The notes under the pieces are model-generated. The model was given only the letters and a program-made list of their open reading frames with translations, was not told the DNA's origin and made no database searches. A DNA stretch of 42,307 bases, from positions 1-42,307 of the forward strand of contig JAZDLX010000171.1 of the NCBI GenBank assembly GCA_043801585.1, read 5' to 3'. This document shows, in pieces, positions 26,985 through 37,836 of this stretch; within the stretch, counting starts at the first letter, position 1; every line of letters begins with the position of its first letter. The position numbers were made by a program, and so were the translations under genes. This DNA comes from a bacterium. Lineage in GTDB: Bacteria; Electryoneota; Electryoneia; Electryoneales; Electryoneaceae.

Positions 26985-29900
26985 ATGAGCAGTCCGGAAA
27001 AATCTTATCGCAGGATAGTCCATCCGATTCTTCAAATACTAAGATTCGCGTTTGTTGTGGCATTCGCGGCGCTGCTGCTCTTTGCCCTTTCAACGTTCTG
27101 GCTGACTCATCCGGTCGGTGAAAACTGGATCCGTGGCATCCTCGAAGAACGCCTGACTTCATCGCTGGGGCAAGCTGTCTCGGTCGATTCCCTCGAGACA
27201 AACCTCTTCAACCGGTTGAACCTCTATGGAGTCACTGTCTATTCCACGGATACCCTGACGAGCAGATCGCCCTTGACACTGGAGTACGCAAGAGTCAACT
27301 ATCGACTTCCGGAATTAATCGGGGACTCGCCTTTCATCCGCAACGTCGCAATCGGTACGCTCGCACTCACTCTGCGTTCAGACAGCTCCGGGCTCAAAGA
27401 TTTCCGATTTCTTCAACATGCAGTACCAGTTGACACATCGAAAACCCGCAAGCCCATCCGTCAGGCAATGCAGATCAGGAGATTGACAATCACCAACGGC
27501 TCCCTGGCATTTCAAGACAAATCACTCCCCTTGAATCTCGACCTCGACGGTCTTCAGTTGACGCTTCAGTCACGCGGTCAAGGGTATGGGGTCAGCCTGC
27601 TTCTGGACACACTGCATCTCAATCACCAGGGATGGTCCTTCCCGCTCTCCGCACTCTCGGGCGAAGGCAGCCTGCAACAGAATCAGGTGGTGATTGACAC
27701 CCTTGCCTTCAGACTGCCCGAATTGACCGTCGGGGTTTCAGGAGGCGTGGATCTTTCCAGTCAGGGTGCAATTATCGATCTGCGGGCCGAATTATCAGGA
27801 TCACTCGGTTCTCTTGCGGACCTTGAAAAACAGAAACTCCCCCATTTCCTCGGCGATCTGAGTGGCGATATCGCCCTGCAAGCTCATCTTGCGGGGAACA
27901 TCTCACATCCCGACATCGAAGGGAAGCTGAACGCCTCTGATCTTCACATTGCACGGAATCCGACACTATCCCATGCCGAGATCACCGGTAGCATTCGCAA
28001 TGGCGTAGTTCAGATGGACACCCTGTCCATAGAAGCTCTCGACGGAACGCTGCGCGGATCCGGAAGCCTGCAGATCTCCTCGCCCTTCACTCATTCGCTG
28101 CACCTTACGCTGAAGGACATCGACGCAGGGAGCCTGTGGCAGGCATATTACGATGAACCTTCGCCATACAACGGCATCATCAACGGGCAACTGGCAACTC
28201 GCGGACCCCTTTCCGAACCGGCTCGAGTAACTCTTGCGATCCATGTTCGCGGAGACAATTCCCGATTTCGCGGCAAGGCATTTCCCCCACTGCTTCTTGA
28301 TGGAACCCTGATCGGTGGACGCGCATCCTTCCACATGGTCCAGGGCGGAGCCATCATGGACGGGGACGGATGGATGCGTGAAAGGCGCATTGGAGGATCG
28401 TTCCGTGCTGTGCTGCCCTCCATCGCCCCCTTCACCAGCCTCGCAAACCTTCAGGAGCTCGAAGGAAAACTCGAACTCGGAGGTTCTGTCTCCGGAACAC
28501 TCGAGCGACCCAGGGTGAAAGCCCGGATACGAGCTTCTTCCTTGAGTTACCGTAATCTTCCCATCGACACACTTGCCGCTTCACTCCGCTGGCAGGATTC
28601 CAAATTTTCCCTTGACAGCGCCTATGCTGCGCATCAGCTGCAGGAGGTTGACACCCTTCATGCTCCTTTCGGACTCGAGCGCTTGCGGGGAAAATATGGC
28701 TGGACCCTGAAGCTTTCCGGAACACCTGACCAGCCGAAAGGACGGCTCGAGGCGCGGTTTGTTAAACCATCCTGGGGCAAAACCCGGCTGGATGCCCTCC
28801 AGATGCTGCTGATGCTGGATGGAAACACCATCAAATTGCTGACGCTCCAGGCTCAACGGGGAGCGCTGGGCATGACGATTGATGGTGAATGGAAACGGGA
28901 CACCCGATCCGGTAATGCAACTGCCACACTTTACAATGTTCCGAAGTCACCGGACGATCGTGATGAAAAGGGGGTACTGTATAGCTCCGTTCCCGAAAAA
29001 GGCCGCTTTCTGAATTCGCTGGGGCAGATCCATCTGCAGACACGCCTGATGGACGAAAAGCGATTTACTGTTCAAGCGAGCGGAAAAAGAATTGACCTGA
29101 TGGCATTCGCATTGGCGGAACCACGGCTGCGCACGCTTGCAGGTCTGTTGGACCTCAAGGCGACTGTTGAGTATTCCGGCGGTGATGTTCAGTCGGATCT
29201 CGAAATAGGAGTGCAGCGGCCTTCCCTCGCCACCGTCCACATGGACTCGCTGCACCTGCACATGAACATTGACCCGAAGGCTCTTCGTCTTGACACCTTG
29301 AGTCTTTTCCGGGACGATTCACGCTTTCTCGCGTCAGGGTTGTTGAACTTCCCGATTCACTTTGAAAATAAACGGGATCGGCTGCAAGCGAGCACGATAA
29401 CACTGCTCACACTCGCTGAAGGTGTCGATCTCCAATTGTTGGCGCCGTTTCTGCCGCTTTCCACGGAGTTGCGTGGAATTGCAGGCTGGCAGCTTGACAT
29501 GGGGGGAACGCTCGCCCGACCACGTATTCACGGGTCCGTTAAGCTGAGGGACGGATATTACAAATCAGGCGTCAATGGCAAACCGATCGAGGACCTGAAC
29601 CTTACATTGCGCTTTACCAATCGCTCCTATGTCGTGGACAGGCTGGCGGGAATCACCTATAACCTCCCTTTCGAACTTCAGGGCAAGGGAACTTTCGACG
29701 GATTGAATTCCCTGACTACCGATTTCAACCTTGCCTTGAATGGCGAGAACGTTCTGACAGGTGAGGGTCGTGTTTCGCGTGACTCGGTTGCGCTGGCGCT
29801 CGATGCGAGGATGCTGAATCTGCAGAGCGTGGCACCCCTGCTTCGGGGGGTCGAGGATATCGGGGGCAGTATCTCGTCATTGATCAAAATCGAAGGTTCT

Positions 29901-31118
29901 CTGGAAAATCCTTCTTTTTACGGACAGATCTCAGCACGCCATGTGGAAATCAAACGTGAACAATTTGGCCTGTCCCTTTCAGGGGGATCGGCGGATATGC
30001 GATTCGAGGGCCATCGCCTGATCGTCGACAGCCTGAGCGCAGACTTCAATGGAGGACGGATCTTTGTCCGGGGAGACATGGACCTTGTCGCCCGCCAGAT
30101 TCAAAGCGCCACTTTTGACACCCGGCTGGAAAATGTACGGTACGAGCGTCAGGGAATCTTTGTTGTAAAGGTGGATACCGCTCAACTCACCTACCAGCGG
30201 CTACGCGAGGATTTATACAAGCTTTCGGGCACGGTGAATTTTGGAGAGACACGGATCATGGTCGATCTGCCCGTTCAACGGCTGCTTGAAATCGCCAGCC
30301 AGGCAGACCGGCCGAAACCGGAACTTCCCCCACTCTTCCAGAAAACCACGCTGGACGTCCGCGTCGTGAACCGGGATCAGTTCTGGATCAGCAACAATCT
30401 TGCACGCATCCGCAACCGTGTGGACATGGACTTCAGTGGTCCGCTTACCCAGCCAAGTCTGTCCGGCCGCGTGGCGGTTCAGGAGGGGTACCTGATCTAT
30501 CTTGATCGCAAGTTCGAGATTGACACCGGCATTCTCGACTTCACCAATCCACGTCATATCAATCCCTTTGTCACGCTGTCAGCCACCGCCAAATTGAAGA
30601 GCTATCAAACCCGCGACAAACAGGCATACACCATCCTATTCACCGCGCAGGGACCGCTCGATCAGGCACAGATCGACCTTCAGAGCACCCCTGCGCTCGA
30701 TCGTTCGGACATTCTCGCGTTGCTCACTCTTGGCTCCACACGCCATCAACTGACCGGCAACCTCACGCTAACCGAGAACAACGCCCTGATTTCCGTCATT
30801 CAACAGCGTGCCGAAAACCTGTCAAGTCAACGGATCAGCGGCTACGTGAGCAATCGTGTCGGCAGCATGTTTGGCCTTGAAGAGATGAGCATCGAGGGAA
30901 ACCTTTTCAACTTCGGAGACAATTGGGGACCTCAACTGCTTGCGTCCAAACAACTCAGCAACCGCGTCAGGGTCACCTACTCCACGCGAGTGGGACACCT
31001 CAACGAACAGGGCATCCGTCTTGATTACCAACTGACAAACAAGTGGTCCATCGAGAGCCAGGCCGACCAGCAGGGCGGCACTGGAGTCGACCTTAAATAT
31101 CGCGTGAGGTTCAAATGA
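26985..31118 (+). CDS. tamB: Translocation/assembly module TamB (DUF490) family protein
   Basis: 1377 aa with N-terminal TM anchor, repeated GxLxxP beta-taco motifs, LQSTPALDRSDILALL, C-terminal GVDLKYRVRF; adjacent to an Omp85 gene. Confidence 0.85.
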   Translation: MSSPEKSYRRIVHPILQILRFAFVVAFAALLLFALSTFWLTHPVGENWIRGILEERLTSSLGQAVSVDSLETNLFNRLNLYGVTVYSTDTLTSRSPLTLEYARVNYRLPELIGDSPFIRNVAIGTLALTLRSDSSGLKDFRFLQHAVPVDTSKTRKPIRQAMQIRRLTITNGSLAFQDKSLPLNLDLDGLQLTLQSRGQGYGVSLLLDTLHLNHQGWSFPLSALSGEGSLQQNQVVIDTLAFRLPELTVGVSGGVDLSSQGAIIDLRAELSGSLGSLADLEKQKLPHFLGDLSGDIALQAHLAGNISHPDIEGKLNASDLHIARNPTLSHAEITGSIRNGVVQMDTLSIEALDGTLRGSGSLQISSPFTHSLHLTLKDIDAGSLWQAYYDEPSPYNGIINGQLATRGPLSEPARVTLAIHVRGDNSRFRGKAFPPLLLDGTLIGGRASFHMVQGGAIMDGDGWMRERRIGGSFRAVLPSIAPFTSLANLQELEGKLELGGSVSGTLERPRVKARIRASSLSYRNLPIDTLAASLRWQDSKFSLDSAYAAHQLQEVDTLHAPFGLERLRGKYGWTLKLSGTPDQPKGRLEARFVKPSWGKTRLDALQMLLMLDGNTIKLLTLQAQRGALGMTIDGEWKRDTRSGNATATLYNVPKSPDDRDEKGVLYSSVPEKGRFLNSLGQIHLQTRLMDEKRFTVQASGKRIDLMAFALAEPRLRTLAGLLDLKATVEYSGGDVQSDLEIGVQRPSLATVHMDSLHLHMNIDPKALRLDTLSLFRDDSRFLASGLLNFPIHFENKRDRLQASTITLLTLAEGVDLQLLAPFLPLSTELRGIAGWQLDMGGTLARPRIHGSVKLRDGYYKSGVNGKPIEDLNLTLRFTNRSYVVDRLAGITYNLPFELQGKGTFDGLNSLTTDFNLALNGENVLTGEGRVSRDSVALALDARMLNLQSVAPLLRGVEDIGGSISSLIKIEGSLENPSFYGQISARHVEIKREQFGLSLSGGSADMRFEGHRLIVDSLSADFNGGRIFVRGDMDLVARQIQSATFDTRLENVRYERQGIFVVKVDTAQLTYQRLREDLYKLSGTVNFGETRIMVDLPVQRLLEIASQADRPKPELPPLFQKTTLDVRVVNRDQFWISNNLARIRNRVDMDFSGPLTQPSLSGRVAVQEGYLIYLDRKFEIDTGILDFTNPRHINPFVTLSATAKLKSYQTRDKQAYTILFTAQGPLDQAQIDLQSTPALDRSDILALLTLGSTRHQLTGNLTLTENNALISVIQQRAENLSSQRISGYVSNRVGSMFGLEEMSIEGNLFNFGDNWGPQLLASKQLSNRVRVTYSTRVGHLNEQGIRLDYQLTNKWSIESQADQQGGTGVDLKYRVRFK

Positions 31119-32947
31119 TACTTCACGCGCTTCGGACATCGCTTCGTCAAGCCTGGATTCCAGGCCGTCTGTTGCTCGGCATGGGATTATTGTTCTGCCT
31201 TCCCAACGTCAATGCCCATGCGCGAACCCAACCCTCCGAAGCGAAAATTGAGGCTGTGGAATTCACCGGCAACACGGTATTCACGGACAAACGGCTGAAG
31301 CAGATCATGATCTCGCGCCCATCAACCCTTTTCCGGTCGTTCTATTACTACCCCGAACTACTGCAAGATGACCTGCGGCAGCTCGAACTTTTTTATCAGG
31401 CCAATGGCTACCTCCAGGCTCAGGTCGTCGGATACCAGGTAAACCGGGACGATAGCCGGAATCGTGTGTCTATCCACATTCAGATCGTCGAAGGTCCGAT
31501 CACCAGCATCGAGGGCATTTCCTTTTTCGGAAACAGACTCTTCAGTGAGGAGAAACTTCGCTCAGTGATCGACGTCAAGGTCGGCGATGCATTGAGGCGG
31601 CAGGTTGCAGACAACTCGGTTTACGACCTTCTTCACCTGTACGCGGAACAGGGTTACCTCGAAGCACGCATCCTTCCAGAAATCAGCGTCGATTCCGACA
31701 GGCATCTTGCACTCGTGGATTATGTCGTCAAGGAGGGGCGAATGTACTATGTGGGCAACCTTGAACTGTCCGGATTGGACAAAACCCGCCAACGTGCGAT
31801 TACAAGGGAATTACAGTTCAAACCGGGTGAAGTAATTCAGTATTCAAAATTGCTGGAGAGCCAGCGCCAACTCTACCTGACCGGCCTTTTCGAATCGGTC
31901 TTCATCAAACCGGATCAGAACCAGGATGCCAGCGACTCGCTACGCGTCATTCACATCGACGTCCATGAAGCGTTGGACAAGGAGCTCAATTTTCGATTCG
32001 GATTCAACACAATCGAAAAACTTCGTGGAGGATTTGAAGCGATACAAAGCAACCTCGGCGGGATGGGACGCCGAGCCACATTCAGATCCCAACTCAGTTT
32101 CATCAGCCGCAGCCTCGAAATCGCCTATTCCGAACCGTGGACGTTCGGTTCGCCCTGGCGAACCGACGCACAGCTATTCACCGACTACCGCGAGGAACCC
32201 GGCTATGACGCACTTAGAGTTGGCGGGTCGGTTTCGGTGGGTCACAAATTACGCAAGAACAGCCGGATCACTTTTTCCTACAGGCTCGAGAATGTGGAGC
32301 TGCGTAACATTCGCGTTCTCGATGAAACAGGGGAGGGAAGCAATCGGATTCGGCTGCTGCGTATCAATCTCACCTACGACACACGAAACAACATTTTCAA
32401 TCCAACACGGGGATTTTATGCTGAGTGGTCCAATGATCTCGCCGGACTCTTCTTCCCCAATTCCAGCCAGTTTACCCGATCCATCTATTCACTATCCGGT
32501 TATCACTCGCTTTTACAATCCACCGTGCTCGCATCCGGTCTTGAAGTCGGTTGGATGGACGCCAACCGTGGACTCGTCTCGATCCCTCTCAACGAACGGC
32601 TCTACACCGGTGGCCCGAATTCCGTCCGCGGATTCGAATATCAACGCCTCGGACCTCGAGATGCGGCGGGCACTCCAAGTGGTGGCCGACTGCGGATTGT
32701 GCTCCATCCCCTTGAGATTCGCCAGAACCTTTACAAAGTGATCGGCGCCGCCCTGTTTATTGACGCAGGTAACGTCTGGTCACGGATCTCATACCTGCGC
32801 CCGAGCGAGCTACGGCTTGCCCCGGGATTTGGCTTGAGGGCAAACACACCGATCGGACTTGCCAGGCTCGAGTACGGATTCAACCTGAATCCCGGCAGCA
32901 ACGAACCTCCCGGCCAACTCTACTTTTCCATCGGACAAGCATTCTAA
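31115..32947 (+). CDS. Omp85 superfamily protein (TamA/BamA-like; about 3 POTRA domains plus barrel)
   Basis: FTGNTVF and Y..NGY POTRA motifs, GGPNSVRGF, FIDAGNVW, TPIG, C-terminal FSIGQAF. Confidence 0.9.
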   Translation: MILHALRTSLRQAWIPGRLLLGMGLLFCLPNVNAHARTQPSEAKIEAVEFTGNTVFTDKRLKQIMISRPSTLFRSFYYYPELLQDDLRQLELFYQANGYLQAQVVGYQVNRDDSRNRVSIHIQIVEGPITSIEGISFFGNRLFSEEKLRSVIDVKVGDALRRQVADNSVYDLLHLYAEQGYLEARILPEISVDSDRHLALVDYVVKEGRMYYVGNLELSGLDKTRQRAITRELQFKPGEVIQYSKLLESQRQLYLTGLFESVFIKPDQNQDASDSLRVIHIDVHEALDKELNFRFGFNTIEKLRGGFEAIQSNLGGMGRRATFRSQLSFISRSLEIAYSEPWTFGSPWRTDAQLFTDYREEPGYDALRVGGSVSVGHKLRKNSRITFSYRLENVELRNIRVLDETGEGSNRIRLLRINLTYDTRNNIFNPTRGFYAEWSNDLAGLFFPNSSQFTRSIYSLSGYHSLLQSTVLASGLEVGWMDANRGLVSIPLNERLYTGGPNSVRGFEYQRLGPRDAAGTPSGGRLRIVLHPLEIRQNLYKVIGAALFIDAGNVWSRISYLRPSELRLAPGFGLRANTPIGLARLEYGFNLNPGSNEPPGQLYFSIGQAF

Positions 32948-33001
32948 ACTTCTGACAGCACAGAGAGATCCATCGTCAACGAGGGGTGAATCAAACCGGG
33001 G

Positions 33002-33751
33002 TCAACGCTTTGTCCAGCGAGTCTTTGCCCGTACAACCTCAGCGCCGTCTTCCCGGCGAACCAAGCTGTGCAGAAATCCCATCTCCCCGTCCTCGGCACA
33101 TCGAGTCAGGACGAGATCGCCTGCGTGCGCTTCAATGCGAAACTGAATGTCCGCTTCGACTGGAACGTGATCATTCCACCATTCATCCGGTGGAGCTTCA
33201 AGCACCCACTCGAGGTAGCGAACGTTGTTCGCATGCCCAAGCATGTCCAGATCGGCACGCCTGATGGGTATTGTTTTTTCGTAACCCGCTTCCCGTAATC
33301 GAGGAATCAGTCGTGTCTCGAAATCGAGGTTTCGCGGCGGAGCCTGGGGAAGATCGCGGCCGATCCATACCGGGATGTCGATCACCTTTCGCGTTTTCAG
33401 ATCGAACACCAGCCATGCCGTTGTCGCTTCACCGATCAGATTCCCCTCGGCATCCATGATGCGGAAATCCCTGCTCGCCACATGACGATCCCGTGCCGAC
33501 GGCCATGTGAGGACCTCCAGGCTCTCCTGCGCCGCCGGGAAATGGTTCATCCGCAGCCGCAACCGGGAGAGCACCCAGAAAATGCCCTTCGGTACAAGGT
33601 GACTTGGACCCAGGTTCAGAGCGCTGGCGTGATGCCCCGCGGTTTCCTGCAGGTAGTTGGCAATCGCGGCGAGCGAGGCGCGTTCGTCCGGCCCTACCTC
33701 ATAGGAGCGGACTCGATAATGATCCGTCAGCGTTTTCGGGATGTCACTCAT
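33002..33751 (-). CDS. Acyl-ACP thioesterase (FatA/B-like)
   Basis: VRSYEVG, YLQETAG, WVLSR, TWP, DLDMLGHANNVRY. Confidence 0.9.
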   Translation of the reverse strand: MSDIPKTLTDHYRVRSYEVGPDERASLAAIANYLQETAGHHASALNLGPSHLVPKGIFWVLSRLRLRMNHFPAAQESLEVLTWPSARDRHVASRDFRIMDAEGNLIGEATTAWLVFDLKTRKVIDIPVWIGRDLPQAPPRNLDFETRLIPRLREAGYEKTIPIRRADLDMLGHANNVRYLEWVLEAPPDEWWNDHVPVEADIQFRIEAHAGDLVLTRCAEDGEMGFLHSLVRREDGAEVVRAKTRWTKR

Positions 33752-34032
33752 CGTACACCCATGCCAGTATCATGTTTGATCCGAGGAAGATAAGCCGGGA
33801 TCAGGACAATCCCCATGACACAAAGCGCCGTGGCTAGAATTGCAGCCAGGAAGCTCACACAAGAGAGGCGTCAATCGCCTGTTCACTTTTCCCTCACCGA
33901 ATCAATCACGTACGCAATCTGCTCAAACGGCGGCGCCGGGGAAAAAACGGTTTTCACCCTGATCTTCATCTTGCGGCAAGATAAACCTGTCGCTGTTGCA
34001 CCTCAACCGAATTCACCGGCGAATAAATAACA

Positions 34033-34062
34033 AACCCCGGTGATGACTTTACACCGGGGGTT
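34033..34062 (-). terminator. Hairpin/terminator downstream of sodC
   Basis: AAACCCCGGTG-atgacttta-CACCGGGGTTT, with a T-rich tail on the minus strand. Confidence 0.7.
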
Positions 34063-34089
34063 TACGGTTCCGTTTCAACTCTCTCACTA

Positions 34090-34659
34090 TCAGGGTGCGG
34101 CGATTCCAATCACTCCGCTGGCGACTCGAGCACCTGCCGCTCCAGTGGGTTGGCTGACGAGGTCATCCTCGCCGGCGTGGACGATCACACCCCGGCCGAT
34201 GATGGACGTTGATCCGTTCAGCTTCATCACGCTGTCGACATAATCCACCCGCCCGACTCCATCATCACCGACCACCAGGTTTCCCATATCACCCGCGTGA
34301 CGTTCTTTCGCCATCGGACCGCCATGCTTCATGCCACTCGGGTTGAAATGTCCTCCGGTCGAGGTTCCATCGGGTGCGGAAATATCACCGTACTCATGAA
34401 TATGGATTCCGTGCTTCGTCCCCGGCTGAAGGCCGTACACCTCGGCGACAACATGGACTCCGCCTTCCACCTTTACAAACGTGACCGTGCCATGCACTGC
34501 GTTGCCTTCAGTGGGAGACAACACGGCGACAGCGCGGATGAACTGCGGCATCATGCTCATCTCCCCCTGCACCATCCCCTGATCGCCCTGTCCGGCGTTA
34601 CCGATCATCGTAAAGGCCAGCAATGCAGCACCCGCCAGCAGAAATGAGATCCTTCTCAT
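34090..34659 (-). CDS. sodC: Periplasmic Cu/Zn superoxide dismutase
   Basis: Signal peptide; HGIHIHE, GGHFNP, KHGG, RHAGDMGN, IVHA, GARV ligand motifs. Confidence 0.93.
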   Translation of the reverse strand: MRRISFLLAGAALLAFTMIGNAGQGDQGMVQGEMSMMPQFIRAVAVLSPTEGNAVHGTVTFVKVEGGVHVVAEVYGLQPGTKHGIHIHEYGDISAPDGTSTGGHFNPSGMKHGGPMAKERHAGDMGNLVVGDDGVGRVDYVDSVMKLNGSTSIIGRGVIVHAGEDDLVSQPTGAAGARVASGVIGIAAP

Positions 34660-34830
34660 GGCTCCTATCCTCCAGCGTATACGGTGCCAGGATCAACCTG
34701 CTCCGTAATGTTCGGACTATCTAACAGAAGATCGAGGATCGTACAGGTTCCGGCAAGTGGAAAACCGGGCAAGCGGGTGCAAGGCGAGATGGAGACGGGA
34801 TTATGGGGCTGTCAGGAGAGTCCCACAGGT

Positions 34831-36663
34831 TCAGGTGGCGTTTACTGTTCTCAGTGCCTTGCGGGTCGCCTCTTCCGAAAGGTGGCGTTTGCGCAACCGC
34901 AGGGACGATGGTGTCACCTCCACAAGCTCGTCGTCGGCGATGAATTCCAACGCGTTTTCGAGGGAGAGAATCCGGGGAGGGTGCAGCATGTAGTTGTCAT
35001 CCGAGCCAGAGGCCCGCATGTTGGTCAGCTTTTTCTCCTTGGAAGGATTGACCCACATATCGTCCGTACGGGAGTTTTCACCCACGATCATTCCGCTGTA
35101 GAGCTCTTCACCCGGGGAGATGAACATCTGGCCCCGCTCCTGAAGGTTCTGCAGGGCGTAGGCGTTGGCTCTTCCCATACGGTCAGCAATCAGAACCCCC
35201 GACGTGCGATGCGGCACTTCGCCTGCAAAGTTGCGCCAGCCGAGGAAAATATGGTTGAGGATCGCGGTGCCCCTTGTTTCGACGAGCAGCAGGTTACGCA
35301 GTCCAATCAGGCCACGCATCGGCACTTCGAATTCGAGCCGGACCCATCCTGATGCGTGGTTGATTATCTTGATCATTTTCCCCTTGCGGGGTCCCATCGA
35401 TTGGGTGACGGTGCCGATGTGTTCCTCGGGAACGTCGAGGATCAGGTGTTCCCACGGCTCCAGCAGCGCTCCCTTTCCATCCCGGTGCATCAGCACACGC
35501 GGCTTGGAAACAGCAACCTCATACCCCTCGCGGCGCATGGTTTCGAGAAGGATCGCAAACTGCAATTCACCGCGCCCGAGAATCCGGAAGGTGTCCGCCG
35601 ATTCCGTCTCCTCGATCTTCAGGCTTGGATTCCCCTGAATCTCCTTGAAAAGACGGTCACGGAGCTGACGGCTGGTGACGAAATGACCCTCTCGCCCGGC
35701 GAAGGGGGAGGTGTTGACGCTGAAATACATCTCGAGCGAGGGCTCGTCGATGCGCAATTTTGCCAGGGGTCTCGGTGTCTCCGGATCGGTGAGGGTCCAC
35801 CCGAGCTGGATACCCTCGATCCCGGCAATGGCGACGATGTCCCCCGGTTCGGCCCGCGAGATCTCGTGGCGTTTCAGTCCCTGAAAGCCGTAGAGCATGG
35901 TCACCTTCGCCTTTTCTCCACCCTCACCACCCGTCATCAGCACCCAATCGCCGACGTTCAGCACGCCGTTGGTTACACGTCCGATGCCGATCCGCCCGAG
36001 GTAATCGCTGTAATCCAGCGTGGTAATCTGGAGCTGCAGGGGATGTCCTTCCTCATAGATCGGCGCCGGTACCTTTTCGAGAATCATATTGAATAAAGGG
36101 CGCAGGTCTGTCCCGGGGACGTTGATATCCGTCGTTGCCGTGCCCTGTTTCGCCACGGTGTAGAGAATCGGAAAATTGCACTGCTCTTCGCTGGCGTCCA
36201 GATCGAGGAACAATTCGAGCACCTCGTCGACGACTTCGCTGATCCGTGCATCCGGGCGGTCGATCTTGTTGATGACGACAATCGGGCTGAGACCGTTCGC
36301 CAGGGCGTTCGAGAGTACATAACGCGTCTGGGGAAGCGGTCCCTCCGATGCGTCAACCAGCAGCAGGCAGCCATCGACCATCTTGAGGATCCGCTGCACC
36401 TCGCCCCCAAAGTCAGCGTGTCCGGGCGTATCCACGATATTGATCGTCGTTCCCAGGTAGGGAACGGCGGTGTTTTTCGCCATGATCGTAATGCCTTTTT
36501 CGCGCTCGAGGTCAAGACCGTCAAGGGCACGCTCGGCGACGTATTCGTTATCACGGAACAGGCCTGACTGATGCAGCATGGCGTCAACAAGTGTCGTCTT
36601 GCCGTGGTCGACATGGGCAATGATCGCAATGTTTCGAACGTTGTCACGGGTACGAATGGACAT
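34831..36663 (-). CDS. typA: Translational GTPase TypA/BipA
   Basis: [42 protein letters not shown]...[17 protein letters not shown]. Confidence 0.98.
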   Translation of the reverse strand: MSIRTRDNVRNIAIIAHVDHGKTTLVDAMLHQSGLFRDNEYVAERALDGLDLEREKGITIMAKNTAVPYLGTTINIVDTPGHADFGGEVQRILKMVDGCLLLVDASEGPLPQTRYVLSNALANGLSPIVVINKIDRPDARISEVVDEVLELFLDLDASEEQCNFPILYTVAKQGTATTDINVPGTDLRPLFNMILEKVPAPIYEEGHPLQLQITTLDYSDYLGRIGIGRVTNGVLNVGDWVLMTGGEGGEKAKVTMLYGFQGLKRHEISRAEPGDIVAIAGIEGIQLGWTLTDPETPRPLAKLRIDEPSLEMYFSVNTSPFAGREGHFVTSRQLRDRLFKEIQGNPSLKIEETESADTFRILGRGELQFAILLETMRREGYEVAVSKPRVLMHRDGKGALLEPWEHLILDVPEEHIGTVTQSMGPRKGKMIKIINHASGWVRLEFEVPMRGLIGLRNLLLVETRGTAILNHIFLGWRNFAGEVPHRTSGVLIADRMGRANAYALQNLQERGQMFISPGEELYSGMIVGENSRTDDMWVNPSKEKKLTNMRASGSDDNYMLHPPRILSLENALEFIADDELVEVTPSSLRLRKRHLSEEATRKALRTVNAT

Positions 36664-36832
36664 CTTTTCTCCACAGAAACCAAAGTGGCCCGGACGGCTC
36701 GGTCCGGGCCTTGTTCAAACCGGGCGTAAACTTACTGAGGTACACCCCTTTATGCCAATGGTTCCTTCACGGCTCGTGGGGCCGTTCGAAAGCGTATCTT
36801 TCTAACAATCAATGTCCATACTGGAGGTTCAC

Positions 36833-37519
36833 ATGCAAACGGTTCCCCTGTTCGCCCACCGTGGCGCAAAAGCGTACGCTCCCGAGAACACCCTCGCAGC
36901 CTTTTCACTCGCTGTGGAAATGGGCGCCCCCTGGATCGAGCTGGACGTTCACCTCGTGGACGGCGCCCTGATCGTCATTCACGACGAGAGGGTGGACCGC
37001 ACAACGAACGGGCAGGGCTGGATCTGGGATTATTCACTCGAAGAATTGAGGGCTCTTGACGCCGGCGACGGTGAAAAAATCCCGGTTCTTGAGGAAGTGC
37101 TTGAAATTGTGGATCGCCGTGCGGGATTGAATGTGGAACTGAAGGGTCCTGGAACCGCCGAGGCCACAGCGAGTGTTCTGCGAGCCGCCGTCAAATCAGG
37201 CTGGTCCACCGATCAGTTCATCGTTTCATCGTTTTTTCATCGGGAATTGCGCAAATTCGGCGAGATCGCTTCGGAGTTCCCCCGGGCGGCGTTGACCATG
37301 GCGGTACCGGAATCCTACGCCGAGTTCGCGGAAAACCTCGGATGCGGGGCGGTGCACGCCAGCATTGAATTCATCGATCCGGCCTTCATCGCGGACGCAC
37401 ACCAGCGTGGGTTGGATTTCCGTATTTACACCGTCAATCACCCCGAGGAGCTTGCCCGCATGGACCAGTTGGGTGTAGACGCTGTTTTCACGGACAATCC
37501 ACGGCTCGTTTCTTCATGA
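36833..37519 (+). CDS. Glycerophosphodiester phosphodiesterase
   Basis: AHRGA...PENTLAAF, IELDV, IHD..VDRTT, NVELK, TVN, TDNP; GGAGG RBS before ATG 36833. Confidence 0.93.
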   Translation: MQTVPLFAHRGAKAYAPENTLAAFSLAVEMGAPWIELDVHLVDGALIVIHDERVDRTTNGQGWIWDYSLEELRALDAGDGEKIPVLEEVLEIVDRRAGLNVELKGPGTAEATASVLRAAVKSGWSTDQFIVSSFFHRELRKFGEIASEFPRAALTMAVPESYAEFAENLGCGAVHASIEFIDPAFIADAHQRGLDFRIYTVNHPEELARMDQLGVDAVFTDNPRLVSS

Positions 37520-37836
37520 TAGAAGAATGGCGGGGATTCTTACTTTCGACGTTTTCATTTAATTTCTTGTTTATTAAAATCATCCAATGGACTCCTCAGA
37601 AAACTCTCTGTAGTGTAGCAGGGATGTATAAGGTGCAACTCTGTTCTATATTTATTCGGAGAAGAACCTTCCGTTGGCCTCCTCTGCCACAGCGCAGTTA
37701 GGGCTCCGGACACTAACCCGGAGTGCGCCAAAGGCAAGTGATCGGTCAACACACAGATCCAGCCCTACAGGGGGGGCAAATTCCCGAGCCGGGTATGTTC
37801 GCCGCATCCATTGCGGTACTGTTTTGGGAGTATCCC

